DNA of 64,000 nucleotides from an uncultured bacterium (lineage in GTDB: Bacteria; Krumholzibacteriota; Krumholzibacteriia; Krumholzibacteriales; Krumholzibacteriaceae). The notes beneath the pieces are model-generated. The model worked only from the letters and a program-made list of their open reading frames with translations. It was not told the origin of the DNA and ran no database searches. The DNA lies in the NCBI GenBank assembly GCA_965371515.1, contig CBDUYR010000005.1:9312-73311 (forward strand), read 5' to 3'. This document shows positions 40,203 to 49,844 of the stretch, piece by piece. Both the position numbers and the translations under genes were made by a program. Position 1 is the stretch's first letter, and every line of letters starts with the position of its first letter.

Positions 40203-40385
40203 TCAATCTTCGATTCTGCAGCAATCGTCCGCCTCGCGCGCGGCGAGATATCTCATCCCACAGACCGGACACCTGTGCTTACCGTCCAGCCTCCCATCCG
40301 CTTCGGCCTTGGCGAGTAACCTGTGGAACTTCACGTAGTTCTTGCTCTTCTGGAGTATCGACCCTTCGTGTCCTTCCGGCTTCAT
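40203..40385 (-). CDS. Small CxxC protein (hypothetical)
   Basis: MKPEGHEGSIL...HRCPVCGMRY...DDCC. Confidence 0.3.
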   Translation of the reverse strand: MKPEGHEGSILQKSKNYVKFHRLLAKAEADGRLDGKHRCPVCGMRYLAAREADDCCRIED

Positions 40386-40679
40386 TGCTTCTCCTCCCGT
40401 CCCTGGACATGAAAGACCCGCACCACACCATGCTGTGGTACCGGAGTCATATTTGTACAATATATGGTGCTCTTATACCACCATTCGGTGCAGTCGTCAA
40501 CACTAATCCTCGATATTTGACATGACCTGTGGCTGCAGGAAACAATATATCACGGAAGTCCGGACATTGCAAGTGTGTGGCCGTAACTTATTGTATTATT
40601 TAATATTATGGTGCCTATGGGCAGTCCGTCCTGTCGGCATATCGAAGATTCTCCGGAGATTCGCCGCTGCCGCGGAAGG

Positions 40680-43052
40680 TCAGCGGATAATAACAATCTT
40701 CTGAACCTGTTCCTTCGGGCCGGCCTTGACCTTCATGAAGTAGACGCCCGTCACGACCTGCTTGCCGCGGTCGTCAAGACCGTCCCAGGTAAGCGTGATG
40801 ATCTGCCCGCCGAAGACACCCAGCTCGTACAGATGCCTCACATGCCGGCCCGCCACGTCGTAGATGTTGACGAGGATCTCGGTCTTCGTTTCGGCCGTCG
40901 GAGCTCGAAGCATATCTCTCGAGTCTCCGGTTCCCGAAGGATCGAAATAACTTCTCGGCACGTCTATGCTGAAGGTACTCCCCCTGTCGTCGGTGGGATT
41001 GGGGATGATCGAAGAGACGAAGTTTCCCGCGAGCGGTACGATCGCCGTCTCGGCCATCTCTTTCGACTCGTAGTGCAGCGTCGTCGGTTCGCTGTTGATA
41101 ACGACGTTGATCTCCCCGACGACCTGGTAACTGTACTTGTGCCCGGGCATGACTGTGTCGTCAATGTAACGGTAGCGCCTGTATTCGTCGTTATAGCTGT
41201 ATGTGCTGTCGCCATGGACAGTTCCAACCAGTTCCCTCGACGACCTGTCGGTCAGGTCCAGCCGGTACACATCGAATCCTGCACCGAATATCTCACTGGC
41301 CGTCTTCCATCTGACCTCGATACTGCCGGGCTCCGCTATCGCCATTGCTTCGTAATATCGAATGCCGACGAAATAGACCATGACGCTTGTGGTGTCGCTC
41401 AATTCCACGAGGTTCTCGGCAGCGAAGCGGATCCGGTTCTCGCCCGGGTCAAGTCCTTCCTGAAGGATGATGCCCGCACTGAAGCTCGAAGCTCCTGTAA
41501 ATCTGCCTGGAGCCTCCTTGAAGAATCCGTCGTTTATCGCTATCTGGAAGCTCACGATCTCGGGCGCGTAATCGATTCGCCGGTATTCCTCTATTCTCGT
41601 GTTCTGGTTCGGCACTGGTGTCTGTTCGACGTCGACCCAGATGAGTATGTCCCCGTAGAATGTCGTGTCGGATTTGGGAGTGTATGCCTCGATAACGGGC
41701 ATCACTTCGTAGAGATCCGGAATCGAATTCGGAACACTCTCGCCCGTGAAAATATTGTATTCGTCGGCCAGCCCGACCTGACCCATCGTCCACGGACAGA
41801 TCGGCAGCGGCTCATTTAACAGCGCATCGTTCATGATGCAGGGCCACCCCGCGCCGCAGTACCTATGGTACGAATTAGCATTGATGTAGTTGAGGTATCC
41901 GGATCTGGCGATACACGAAATCTCGGCGCTGGCGGCTTCGTCGAGCGCCCAGAAGACATGGCTCATCTCGCGGATGAACACGTGCGCGAAATTGAGGCCG
42001 CCCCCTAACCCGCACGCGGGATAAGGAACAACCATGTACGGTCCCCCGAGAAAGATCGTATACCCGACGTATTCGCCGCCAAACCCCCGCCAGCATTCGT
42101 TCACGCTCGCATCGGCTACAAAGGCGGTGAATACCCAGTCGTAGAGGAGAAGGCCGTCATCGCCGAGATCTCTTGCTCTCATCGCATTATTGAAATAATG
42201 TGTCATTTCGGATGCCGGAGCGTCACTCGGGATCTCTATATCGTAGCTCTCCGCCAGGTAGGTGATCGCCTCCGAGATCCAGATCGGATCAGTGTTCCAG
42301 TCGCCCTCGATAGGCTCCCGCGATACCGGCACACGGCGATGCAGAGAGGGACAATTCACTTCGAACGCCAGCGGCACCCAACGGGCTTCGTTCTGGTACT
42401 GGGAAAGTCCGAGATAGACGTCGCGTACTGCATTGCCGATCTCGTCATCCGTCCAGTTCTCGCTCTGCACGCCGCCCGAGCTCTCTGGAAAGATGAGATT
42501 GATGAGGACATTGCCGATGAGAAACTCTGAGTTCTGATCCATCGCCCTGTCAGCTATCTGAGCGGGTGCTCCTTCTCTCGGGTCAACAGATTTCGATACG
42601 GTCCTCTCGACGATATCGTGCGGCTTCTCTAAAACGAGGTCGACAAACGATTCCTTCGTGATCGGCCTCGCCATACTGAGGATCTTCTCCTGATCGAGCA
42701 GTCCCCTCGCCACCTTGAGAGTGACAAGGTCGACCTCCATCGGATCGATCTCCGTCGGGTCGGTGACAAACCGGATGTCGAGTTCCCCGAAGTCGGCTTC
42801 GCCGGCGCCTGCGGGGAACCTTCCGAATATCATCGTCGGGGGCAGACCGAGCAGGCCCTTCGCTCCCGCCTTCTCGGCGATCTCCATCGCCCTCCTGAAC
42901 GAACCGTTGTCGCCGTTCCTTATGAGTACGACGGCCTGCCTGAGGCCGTATTCGGTCTCGAAGTTGTCCGCAGATGACCTTGCCGGGAATATGATTAAAA
43001 CGGTGAGAAAACAGATGACGGTTATTGCGATCCTCTTCACTTTCCACCTCAC
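40680..43052 (-). CDS. Large secreted protein with Por/T9SS C-terminal sorting domain (function unknown, possibly a hydrolase)
   Basis: Signal peptide MRWKVKRIAITVICFLTVLIIFPARSSA; C-terminus EILVNIYDVAGRHV...TLTWDGLDDRGKQVVTGVYFMKVKAG...KIVIIR matches the T9SS CTD pattern; Cys-rich central region. Confidence 0.55.
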   Translation of the reverse strand: MRWKVKRIAITVICFLTVLIIFPARSSADNFETEYGLRQAVVLIRNGDNGSFRRAMEIAEKAGAKGLLGLPPTMIFGRFPAGAGEADFGELDIRFVTDPTEIDPMEVDLVTLKVARGLLDQEKILSMARPITKESFVDLVLEKPHDIVERTVSKSVDPREGAPAQIADRAMDQNSEFLIGNVLINLIFPESSGGVQSENWTDDEIGNAVRDVYLGLSQYQNEARWVPLAFEVNCPSLHRRVPVSREPIEGDWNTDPIWISEAITYLAESYDIEIPSDAPASEMTHYFNNAMRARDLGDDGLLLYDWVFTAFVADASVNECWRGFGGEYVGYTIFLGGPYMVVPYPACGLGGGLNFAHVFIREMSHVFWALDEAASAEISCIARSGYLNYINANSYHRYCGAGWPCIMNDALLNEPLPICPWTMGQVGLADEYNIFTGESVPNSIPDLYEVMPVIEAYTPKSDTTFYGDILIWVDVEQTPVPNQNTRIEEYRRIDYAPEIVSFQIAINDGFFKEAPGRFTGASSFSAGIILQEGLDPGENRIRFAAENLVELSDTTSVMVYFVGIRYYEAMAIAEPGSIEVRWKTASEIFGAGFDVYRLDLTDRSSRELVGTVHGDSTYSYNDEYRRYRYIDDTVMPGHKYSYQVVGEINVVINSEPTTLHYESKEMAETAIVPLAGNFVSSIIPNPTDDRGSTFSIDVPRSYFDPSGTGDSRDMLRAPTAETKTEILVNIYDVAGRHVRHLYELGVFGGQIITLTWDGLDDRGKQVVTGVYFMKVKAGPKEQVQKIVIIR

Positions 43053-43163
43053 TTATGGATAATCATTGTTACCGGCTAAAAATAAGATGCGGGACGGGTA
43101 CAATCAAACTAAAATGCTGGATTCCGTCAGAGTCATCCGGGAGACTGTTTGACGGTTACGATG

Positions 43164-43928
43164 TCAGTTTTCCGCTTCTCTTCCGGGTGTAGAATAATCT
43201 ATGAGAACCGATTCGGTCACAGTCACCTTGGGCCTGGTCTCGCGCGGGTTCCTGCCTCCCGGATAACTCGTCTTAGATGTCCGTTCCACGCGGCTTCTTA
43301 CGAGGCCCCAGAAAGGCACCTCGGAGGAGATCCTCAGGATGCTCCTCTCCTCCTCAAACCGCTCCGCCGTGATCCCTCCCATCGCCACGTCGCGCCTGTC
43401 GCTCCTGAAATACTCGAAGACATCGCACCGGAAAGTCCCGGCCGGCACCTCCACGCTCTCCGCTTCGTGCTCCTGCCTCTGCAGCCCCTCGCTTCTCTTG
43501 AGGAAAAGCCTGCCGATTTCGAAATCCTCGAGTTCCTCTAAGGACGGCTCCCTGAAAGGCTCGGTGCCGTCCCTGACCAGGATATCGCCGATGCAGGCGT
43601 AGAACTCCTCGGGGGTCTTCATCTCTTCCGCTCCGGCGCACAGGGTGAGACGAACTGTAATCGTCTCCGCGGCGATCGGAGGCCAGGTGGTAGAGGTTAT
43701 CTCGAGGCCGGCCCCGCCGGAGCCCTTTCCCGTCACTTCGAGCGTGACGAGCGAGCTGTCCCTGATGCCGTGGGCTTCCGATATGATAAGATACGATACC
43801 GATGTCCCCGCAGTGAAATCGACCGAGTGAAGCGAGACTCCAGGTACGAGAAAGTCGACTTCCGCCGTGGCGGGAGACGATGCGACGATCAATGTTCCCA
43901 GCGCGAGACAGGCCGATATACGGTTCAT
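43164..43928 (-). CDS. Secreted hypothetical protein
   Basis: Internal start MNRISACLALGTLIVASSPATA (signal peptide); no family recognized. Confidence 0.4.
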   Translation of the reverse strand: MNRISACLALGTLIVASSPATAEVDFLVPGVSLHSVDFTAGTSVSYLIISEAHGIRDSSLVTLEVTGKGSGGAGLEITSTTWPPIAAETITVRLTLCAGAEEMKTPEEFYACIGDILVRDGTEPFREPSLEELEDFEIGRLFLKRSEGLQRQEHEAESVEVPAGTFRCDVFEYFRSDRRDVAMGGITAERFEEERSILRISSEVPFWGLVRSRVERTSKTSYPGGRNPRETRPKVTVTESVLIDYSTPGREAEN

Positions 43929-43944
43929 GGGATCATCCCCCTCT

Positions 43945-45334
43945 TTATCTGTGAGCCTCGGCAGCGCCGGTGCTGTCGGCCAGCGCCCTGTGCCCCACTC
44001 TCGCCCAGAAGGTCTGAAAATCGAAATGCGGGCTCTGCCTGGCGTTGTGGCATTCCCGGCAGACCTTCCTGGCTCTCTCCCTGTATTTACCGTTGCGCGT
44101 GTGTTTTGTTCCCGGTCCGTGACAGGCCTCGCACTGGACTCCCCTGAGGTTGATGCCGCCCTTCTCATCCGATTCCGGGTCGTATCCGCTGAACCTGCCG
44201 TATCCCGTCGTATGGCACGGAAGGCATCTGGCATTCCTGTCGTTCCCAGATTCTGTGAGCCTCCTGAAGGCGCGGAAGTGGGGACTGACCATGAAATCCG
44301 AGGCGGTGCCGTCGTGGCAGCGTGCGCAGATCTCCATCCCGATATACTTCTCTCTCAGTTTGCCCGTAAGGGGATTGCGAGAGACAAACTGCGTGACCTG
44401 CATCCTCTTCCGCCTCTGTCCCTGCTCGAGATGAAAATCACTGAGCATCGAGGCGACCATCGTATCTATCGGGGCCGACTTGGGAAGAGTTACCAGCATC
44501 GTGTCGGTCAGCTCCCACCTGCCTTGCACCGGTGTCATCACCGCCCACCCGAGAGCGCGTCCCTTGTCTCCCGAATAGAGGACGGGGACTCCAAGGTCAT
44601 GGAACGATCCACCGGTCGTGTCGGCGCAGTCGCTCGAAGCCTTCTCGCCCCGCTCGGTATGCCCGCGGATCACGAGATCTATCCCCTCTATTTCGAGGAG
44701 CAGCGGTTCGAGCATCTCGCGCCTGAAGTGGGCGAGGAGAATAATCATTTCACACCCATCCTCGCGTAACTCTGCGGCCACTTCCCTGCCCTCGGCAATC
44801 GGATCTCTCAGATCGATACCGGTCTCACCTGCCGGCTCTTCGCCGAGCAACGCAAAGATCCCTATCTTCGTGCCTCCCACTTTCTTGATGATGTAAGGTG
44901 GGAATATTCTCTCGTCCTCGTAGTAAAGATTTGCGCAGATCACGGGAAGGCCCGTCTGCGCCTCCTCCCTTATCGCCTTGAGCTCATACGACAGCTCGTT
45001 CTCACCGACGGCCACGGCGTCATACCCGGCCAGCACCATCATGTTCGCGAGGAACCGGCTCCTGTACATCTCCAGGATGCCCTTCCGGGCATAGAAATCG
45101 CCGGCGGAGAGGAGCAGCAGGCCGGGGGACTCCGCTCTCATCCGCTTGAACTCTGCGGCCCGCCGGGCCACACCGCCTGAGGCGGCCTCGCCTCACCCGG
45201 CCGGGACGAGGTGCCCCTGAGTGTCGCCGGTGAATACTATAGTCACCGATTCTTCAGTGGAGCATCCCGCCGCGAGGGCGAAGAAGAGAAGAGCCGGCAG
45301 AGCCAGCTTCAATATCAAGGATATCAGCATCATG
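43945..45334 (-). CDS. Lipoprotein: 5'-nucleotidase-like metallophosphoesterase domain (degenerate motifs) fused to C-terminal tetraheme cytochrome c; in-frame TGA at 45193..45195 (candidate selenocysteine)
   Basis: ATG 45334: MMLISLILKLALPALLFFALAAGCS-TEESVTIVFTGDTQGHLVPAG-[TGA]-GEAASGGVARRAAEFKRM..LLLLSAGDFY..GYDAVAVGENELS (compare UshA LHTNDHHGHF...LLLSGGD...AIGNHEFD). C-terminus has CARCH, CLPCH, CEACH, CRECH. Confidence 0.55.
45157..45192 (-). promoter_or_regulatory. GC-rich hairpins immediately 3' of the in-frame UGA (SECIS candidates)
   Basis: mRNA after UGA: ggcgag-gccgcc-uca-ggcggu and guggcccggcgggccgca (ggccc-ggc-gggcc). Confidence 0.3.
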
Positions 45335-45410
45335 TTTATGATTTTAACGTGTAGAGAAAAAGGGGCAAAGCGAAAATATTCTCCTTGCCCCTGTATAATG
45401 CAAACCCCTG

Positions 45411-45704
45411 TTACTTGGCTACACGGCCCTTGAGAGACTTGCCAGCCGAAAAGGCGGGGAACTTGGTCGCCGGAATCATGATGGTCTCGCCCGTCTGGGG
45501 ATTGCGGCCCTTGCGTTTCTTGCGCTTGCGGGTCTGGAAGGTGCCGAATCCAGTGATCTGTACTCTTCGCATAGCCGCGAGCTCTGTCGCGATTATGCCT
45601 TCCTTCGGAGCGGTGCTGAAGATCGCGTCGACAACCATGGCCGAATCCTTCTTCGTCATGCCCGTCTTCTTTGCGACCTTCTCGATGAGATCAGTCTTGT
45701 TCAT
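45411..45704 (-). CDS. HU/IHF-family DNA-binding protein
   Basis: [21 protein letters not shown]...GFGTF...RNPQTGE..IPA...F..GK.LK: canonical HU fold sequence; 97 aa. Confidence 0.85.
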   Translation of the reverse strand: MNKTDLIEKVAKKTGMTKKDSAMVVDAIFSTAPKEGIIATELAAMRRVQITGFGTFQTRKRKKRKGRNPQTGETIMIPATKFPAFSAGKSLKGRVAK

Positions 45705-45878
45705 TTCGTATCACCTCCTTCGTTTTCGTAATTGGACTGGCGCCAGATTAGCGCGGCCTTATGGGGTTGTCAAGACTTTTATGTCTGTTTTTCCCGTTCT
45801 CATCACTATTTTCAGGTGTGCGCCGCCTGTAGACCGCAACAGTACAGGGAAAATACATACCGGCCCAAACAAGATTCA

Positions 45879-48800
45879 TCAGTTGAGGAATCCCGGCACC
45901 GTCCCGCCAAGCCCCCGCTTTCCCTGCTCGTACTTGAGGTCGCGGTGGGCCTTGATCTGTATCTGGAAGTAGTATGAGTAATCGTCGCCGAACCTGCGGT
46001 GCACGAATCCCGCCTGCCAGCAGTGGAGGTCTCTTGTGATGCTGTACTGTTGCGACGTAAACTCGCGCCGCTGGATATCGAAATAAGAACTGAATGTTAT
46101 CTTCCAGTTATTCGTCAGGTTGAGGTTGCCCCTCATGTCGACCTTGCTCGTCGGGCGGGACATGCTCGAACCGCCAAAACCCGAATAGCTGTACCCGAGA
46201 TTCAATGACCAGCTCGTACCTCGTCCCGGAGCGCCGGGCCGCCTCGAGCTGCCGGGCTGTTCGGTCTCCCATTCTTCCTCATCGAAGTCGGAGACGAAAC
46301 CGTCGTACGTGTCGAGCTCGTCGACCTCCTCGTCCTCCGGCTCCTCCTCCCGTACAGAGCCGAGCTCTTTCGCCACTCTGATCTTCTCTCGCTCAGGCAA
46401 GTCCCACTTTCCCAGCCAGGAGAATCCGCCGCCGAAGCTCATGTTAGTCGAGAAATTCGTCGAGAGGATCTCCCATTCGTAAGGATCGATCGTGTGATTC
46501 AGCGATATCGAGGCAAGCCTGCCGACCGAGGTCCTGATACTCGACCGGATGTTCGAGAACTGCCTTTCGGACACGTCGGGGTTGAAGGAACCGTTCATGT
46601 TCCACGTGAAGGCGTTGTTCTTTTTCGACTCCTGGCCGTTCTTGAGGTATTTCAGGTCGATCACGTTCCTCAGCGACCAGCTGTACCCCTGCGACTCCCG
46701 CTGATTCGACGTCAGCGCCGGGACGTACGACCAGGAGATCGACGGGTTGAACGTGTGACGGATCCCGACGAGAGAGCCTATGTTCGGATAGAAGACGCCA
46801 TACAGCGTGGTTCCGACGCCGAGGGAGAAGCGCATCGACACCTCGTTCTTGTACTTTTCGTCCGGTGTCGGGCCCGACAAGTCCGTGCCGTATACAGGCA
46901 TCCCCGGCGTGATCCCGATAGCCGGATAGATTCCATTCACGATATCGATGAACTCCAGCGAGGATTCCGAACCCTCCAGGTTGGAGGTGAACCTGAAATT
47001 TCCCGTGTCGTCCCCGTTGTCGAGCCAGTCGACGGTCACATGGTCCGATCCCCAGCCGGACCAGGAGTTGATCGAACTCTCGATCTCGAAAGCGAGCAAG
47101 GTACCGGTATTGTATACGCCCTCGGTTATCGTGATGTCGCCGCTCTCCAGGCCGTTGAGGATGATCCTCAGGAGGCTGTTCGAGGGATCGACCGTTATCG
47201 GCACCGAAACGGTGTCACCCGTCATGACGGCCGGCCGGGGCGGCAGAATGTACTTGGGATTTATCTGGTCCTTCAGTGTGTTGGCGTATCTCCAGTTCAG
47301 TCCCACCGACGGCGCGATGTTGATGCCTATTACTTTATTCTGTTTGCTGAACGACATACCCGAACTCGCTGTTATATCTTCCCTTCTTCTCGCGTCACTC
47401 TGCGACGTAGTCCGTGTCGCTTTGAGATTGGGCGCCCAGGTGACTTCGCGGAGGACCCCCTCCCATACGCCCTTTTCCGAGCCCGAGTGCTTCTCGCCGA
47501 ACCACAGCGACATCCTCGGCAGATTGATTGACAGGGATGGAAAAGTGCCCGAGATGCTCACCTCGTTCGGGTTATCGGAGCTGACGTTGAGTTTCTGGTT
47601 CCTGCTCGCCGAGAGACCGAGCCGCGTGCCGCCCCAGTTCTTGTTGAAACTGACGGTCGAGTATATCCGTCTGTCCACCACGCGGGCGACATCATCGGCG
47701 CGGTAGACCGAAGAGGGCGCCTCGTCACTGCTTACAAAGCTGAGGTTGCTGCGAAGCGATGCGGTTTTGCCGAACGTCTGGTTGTGACTCGACTTGAACG
47801 TCCACTCGTACGATTTCCTGTTGAAGTCCCTGAAGAAGTCGAGGTTAACGTTTCCGCCGAGCACGTATCTGACCTTGTACCTGTTGGTCAGGTGTACGCG
47901 GAAGTTATTGTTCTCGTTAAAATCGGTCGTCAGTATGAAATCGGTATAGTCGTTCGTCGCCCAGTAGTACCCGATCCCCCTGATGAAACGGCCGTCTCGG
48001 CTGTTGAGGCCGATGTCGAAGTTAGGGCGGAGCAATCCCGATTGGCGGCCGCGGCGTATTGAGTTGACCATGTATGGAAGCCAGAAGCAGGGGATCTCGC
48101 CGAGGTAGAGAGTTATCGGGCCGGATACGATCTTGTCGTCGATATAAACCTTCATCCTGCCGGCACGCATCGAGTAGTGTGCTTTCCTGTAGTCGCATGT
48201 GGTGTAGGTCGACCCGTAGACCTTTAGCACGTCGTCGCCCTGCTTGAAGATCCTCTTGCCGAGATAATACCCCTGATCGTACTCGGTCGATCCGTCCATC
48301 ACAAGGCCCCCCTCGGTCTCCATATCGTACCCCATCCCGTATCCGTACATCATCTGCCCGTTCTCGTCGAGCGCCGGCTCGCCGTGAGCGTCGAGGATGT
48401 TGAGCCTCGAGCTGAAGTTTATGAATTCGGCGGTAAGGATCTTGTTCTGATAGTTCACTTTCGCGCCGTCGTACATGACGAAGTCCTCGGTCGTGGCAAA
48501 GTACTCGATCTCGTTCGCCTCATAAGTGATCTTCTCGGCGTCCCTGCCGAACTCCCTGAATACGATCGAACTGTCGACTATCGCGGCGAGCGAGTCGATC
48601 GACTCTCCCGCGCCGAGTGTGAGATAGTTGTACGTACCCGAGGCGTTGCCGGTAATCTTCACGTATCTCAGGTCCGGCCCGTCGAACCTGAAGAACATCG
48701 TGTCGCCCCTCGAGTAGTTGTTCGAGATCTTGTTTTCGGTCCCCTCGAAGGGATAGTACATCGCCATCGCATTGCCGAAGATCTGAACCGAGTCCACTTC

Positions 48801-49808
48801 ATCGTTCGACATGTGTATCACGATCGAGTCGCCCTCGATCCACGAGTCCTCGATCCACTGGGATTCGAGTCTGGGAGTTTCGGTCAGACGGCCCTTCTCG
48901 GGGAGCACGATCCTTTCCACGCCCTCATCGATGTAGTAGAGAAGCACCCTCTCCCCGGACATGCCTGACGGGCCGCTGCTCGCGATCGGGTTGCCGAAGA
49001 GCTCCATGTACCCCTTGTCGTTGAAAATCGCCGCCGAATCACATTGCGCCCTCGTGCGCCCCTTGAGCATGTTGACGTTTCCTACTGCCGTACCGACGTC
49101 CTTCTCCATGTCGTAGCTCATCCACTCGCTCGTCACCCGCCCCTCCTCCTCGGCATGATCGTCGAAGACGAGGACCGGGCGTTCGTACATGATCGCCTCG
49201 CCGGTGAGACGGTGAAACCGCCCGCGCGAACCAGAGATGGAAAAATCCTCCGCTGTGTCTATTATGACTACATCCCTCCACGCGTCTGCGATCTCGGTCG
49301 ACCTGTCGTAGAAAATCGAGTCTGCGTACATTACCCTTGTACTGTCTGAAAGGCGGACGTTGCCGGTCAGGACAAGCGTCCCTTCATCCCTGTCGTACTC
49401 GGCTCTCCGGCAGGTGACTTCGAGCCCCTCGTCGATCAGCCTCACGTTATCTATCATTACAAGGACGTTCTTCTCGCCGTAATACTCGCCGAGGTCACTG
49501 AACATCCGCATCGATCCGTCGATTCCACGGACGTCCCCCACGAGTATCGTGCGCTTGAGATCGGGATAGTGACGCCCCCGCTCGCTTGTCACGGTGGCGG
49601 TCTGGTGGTCGATTCGTACATCGCCCTCCATGTGCCAGACCTGGAGCCCGTCCTCGACCCTCGACTTGAACGTGTTGAACCTGATCCGGTAGAGAGACGT
49701 GTCGCCCGGCGATGCGGTGTTCTGCTGTGAACGGGCCGTGGGCGGCGCACCTCCGACCGCGAAGAGTATCGCGGCGATCGTCGACGTTATTGCGAGGACC
49801 CTTTTCAA
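45879..49808 (-). CDS. lptD: LptD/OstA-family LPS-assembly outer-membrane protein, unusually large (1309 aa)
   Basis: Signal MKRVLAITSTIAAILFAVGG; N-terminal OstA/LptA-like beta-jellyroll (LQVWHMEGDVRIDHQTATVTSERG); long C-terminal beta-barrel region with Y/F-rich strands. Confidence 0.55.
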   Translation of the reverse strand: MKRVLAITSTIAAILFAVGGAPPTARSQQNTASPGDTSLYRIRFNTFKSRVEDGLQVWHMEGDVRIDHQTATVTSERGRHYPDLKRTILVGDVRGIDGSMRMFSDLGEYYGEKNVLVMIDNVRLIDEGLEVTCRRAEYDRDEGTLVLTGNVRLSDSTRVMYADSIFYDRSTEIADAWRDVVIIDTAEDFSISGSRGRFHRLTGEAIMYERPVLVFDDHAEEEGRVTSEWMSYDMEKDVGTAVGNVNMLKGRTRAQCDSAAIFNDKGYMELFGNPIASSGPSGMSGERVLLYYIDEGVERIVLPEKGRLTETPRLESQWIEDSWIEGDSIVIHMSNDEVDSVQIFGNAMAMYYPFEGTENKISNNYSRGDTMFFRFDGPDLRYVKITGNASGTYNYLTLGAGESIDSLAAIVDSSIVFREFGRDAEKITYEANEIEYFATTEDFVMYDGAKVNYQNKILTAEFINFSSRLNILDAHGEPALDENGQMMYGYGMGYDMETEGGLVMDGSTEYDQGYYLGKRIFKQGDDVLKVYGSTYTTCDYRKAHYSMRAGRMKVYIDDKIVSGPITLYLGEIPCFWLPYMVNSIRRGRQSGLLRPNFDIGLNSRDGRFIRGIGYYWATNDYTDFILTTDFNENNNFRVHLTNRYKVRYVLGGNVNLDFFRDFNRKSYEWTFKSSHNQTFGKTASLRSNLSFVSSDEAPSSVYRADDVARVVDRRIYSTVSFNKNWGGTRLGLSASRNQKLNVSSDNPNEVSISGTFPSLSINLPRMSLWFGEKHSGSEKGVWEGVLREVTWAPNLKATRTTSQSDARRREDITASSGMSFSKQNKVIGINIAPSVGLNWRYANTLKDQINPKYILPPRPAVMTGDTVSVPITVDPSNSLLRIILNGLESGDITITEGVYNTGTLLAFEIESSINSWSGWGSDHVTVDWLDNGDDTGNFRFTSNLEGSESSLEFIDIVNGIYPAIGITPGMPVYGTDLSGPTPDEKYKNEVSMRFSLGVGTTLYGVFYPNIGSLVGIRHTFNPSISWSYVPALTSNQRESQGYSWSLRNVIDLKYLKNGQESKKNNAFTWNMNGSFNPDVSERQFSNIRSSIRTSVGRLASISLNHTIDPYEWEILSTNFSTNMSFGGGFSWLGKWDLPEREKIRVAKELGSVREEEPEDEEVDELDTYDGFVSDFDEEEWETEQPGSSRRPGAPGRGTSWSLNLGYSYSGFGGSSMSRPTSKVDMRGNLNLTNNWKITFSSYFDIQRREFTSQQYSITRDLHCWQAGFVHRRFGDDYSYYFQIQIKAHRDLKYEQGKRGLGGTVPGFLN

Positions 49809-49844
49809 TCGACTCTTTCCTTCAGTCTGCAGCGCCGGCTTGTC

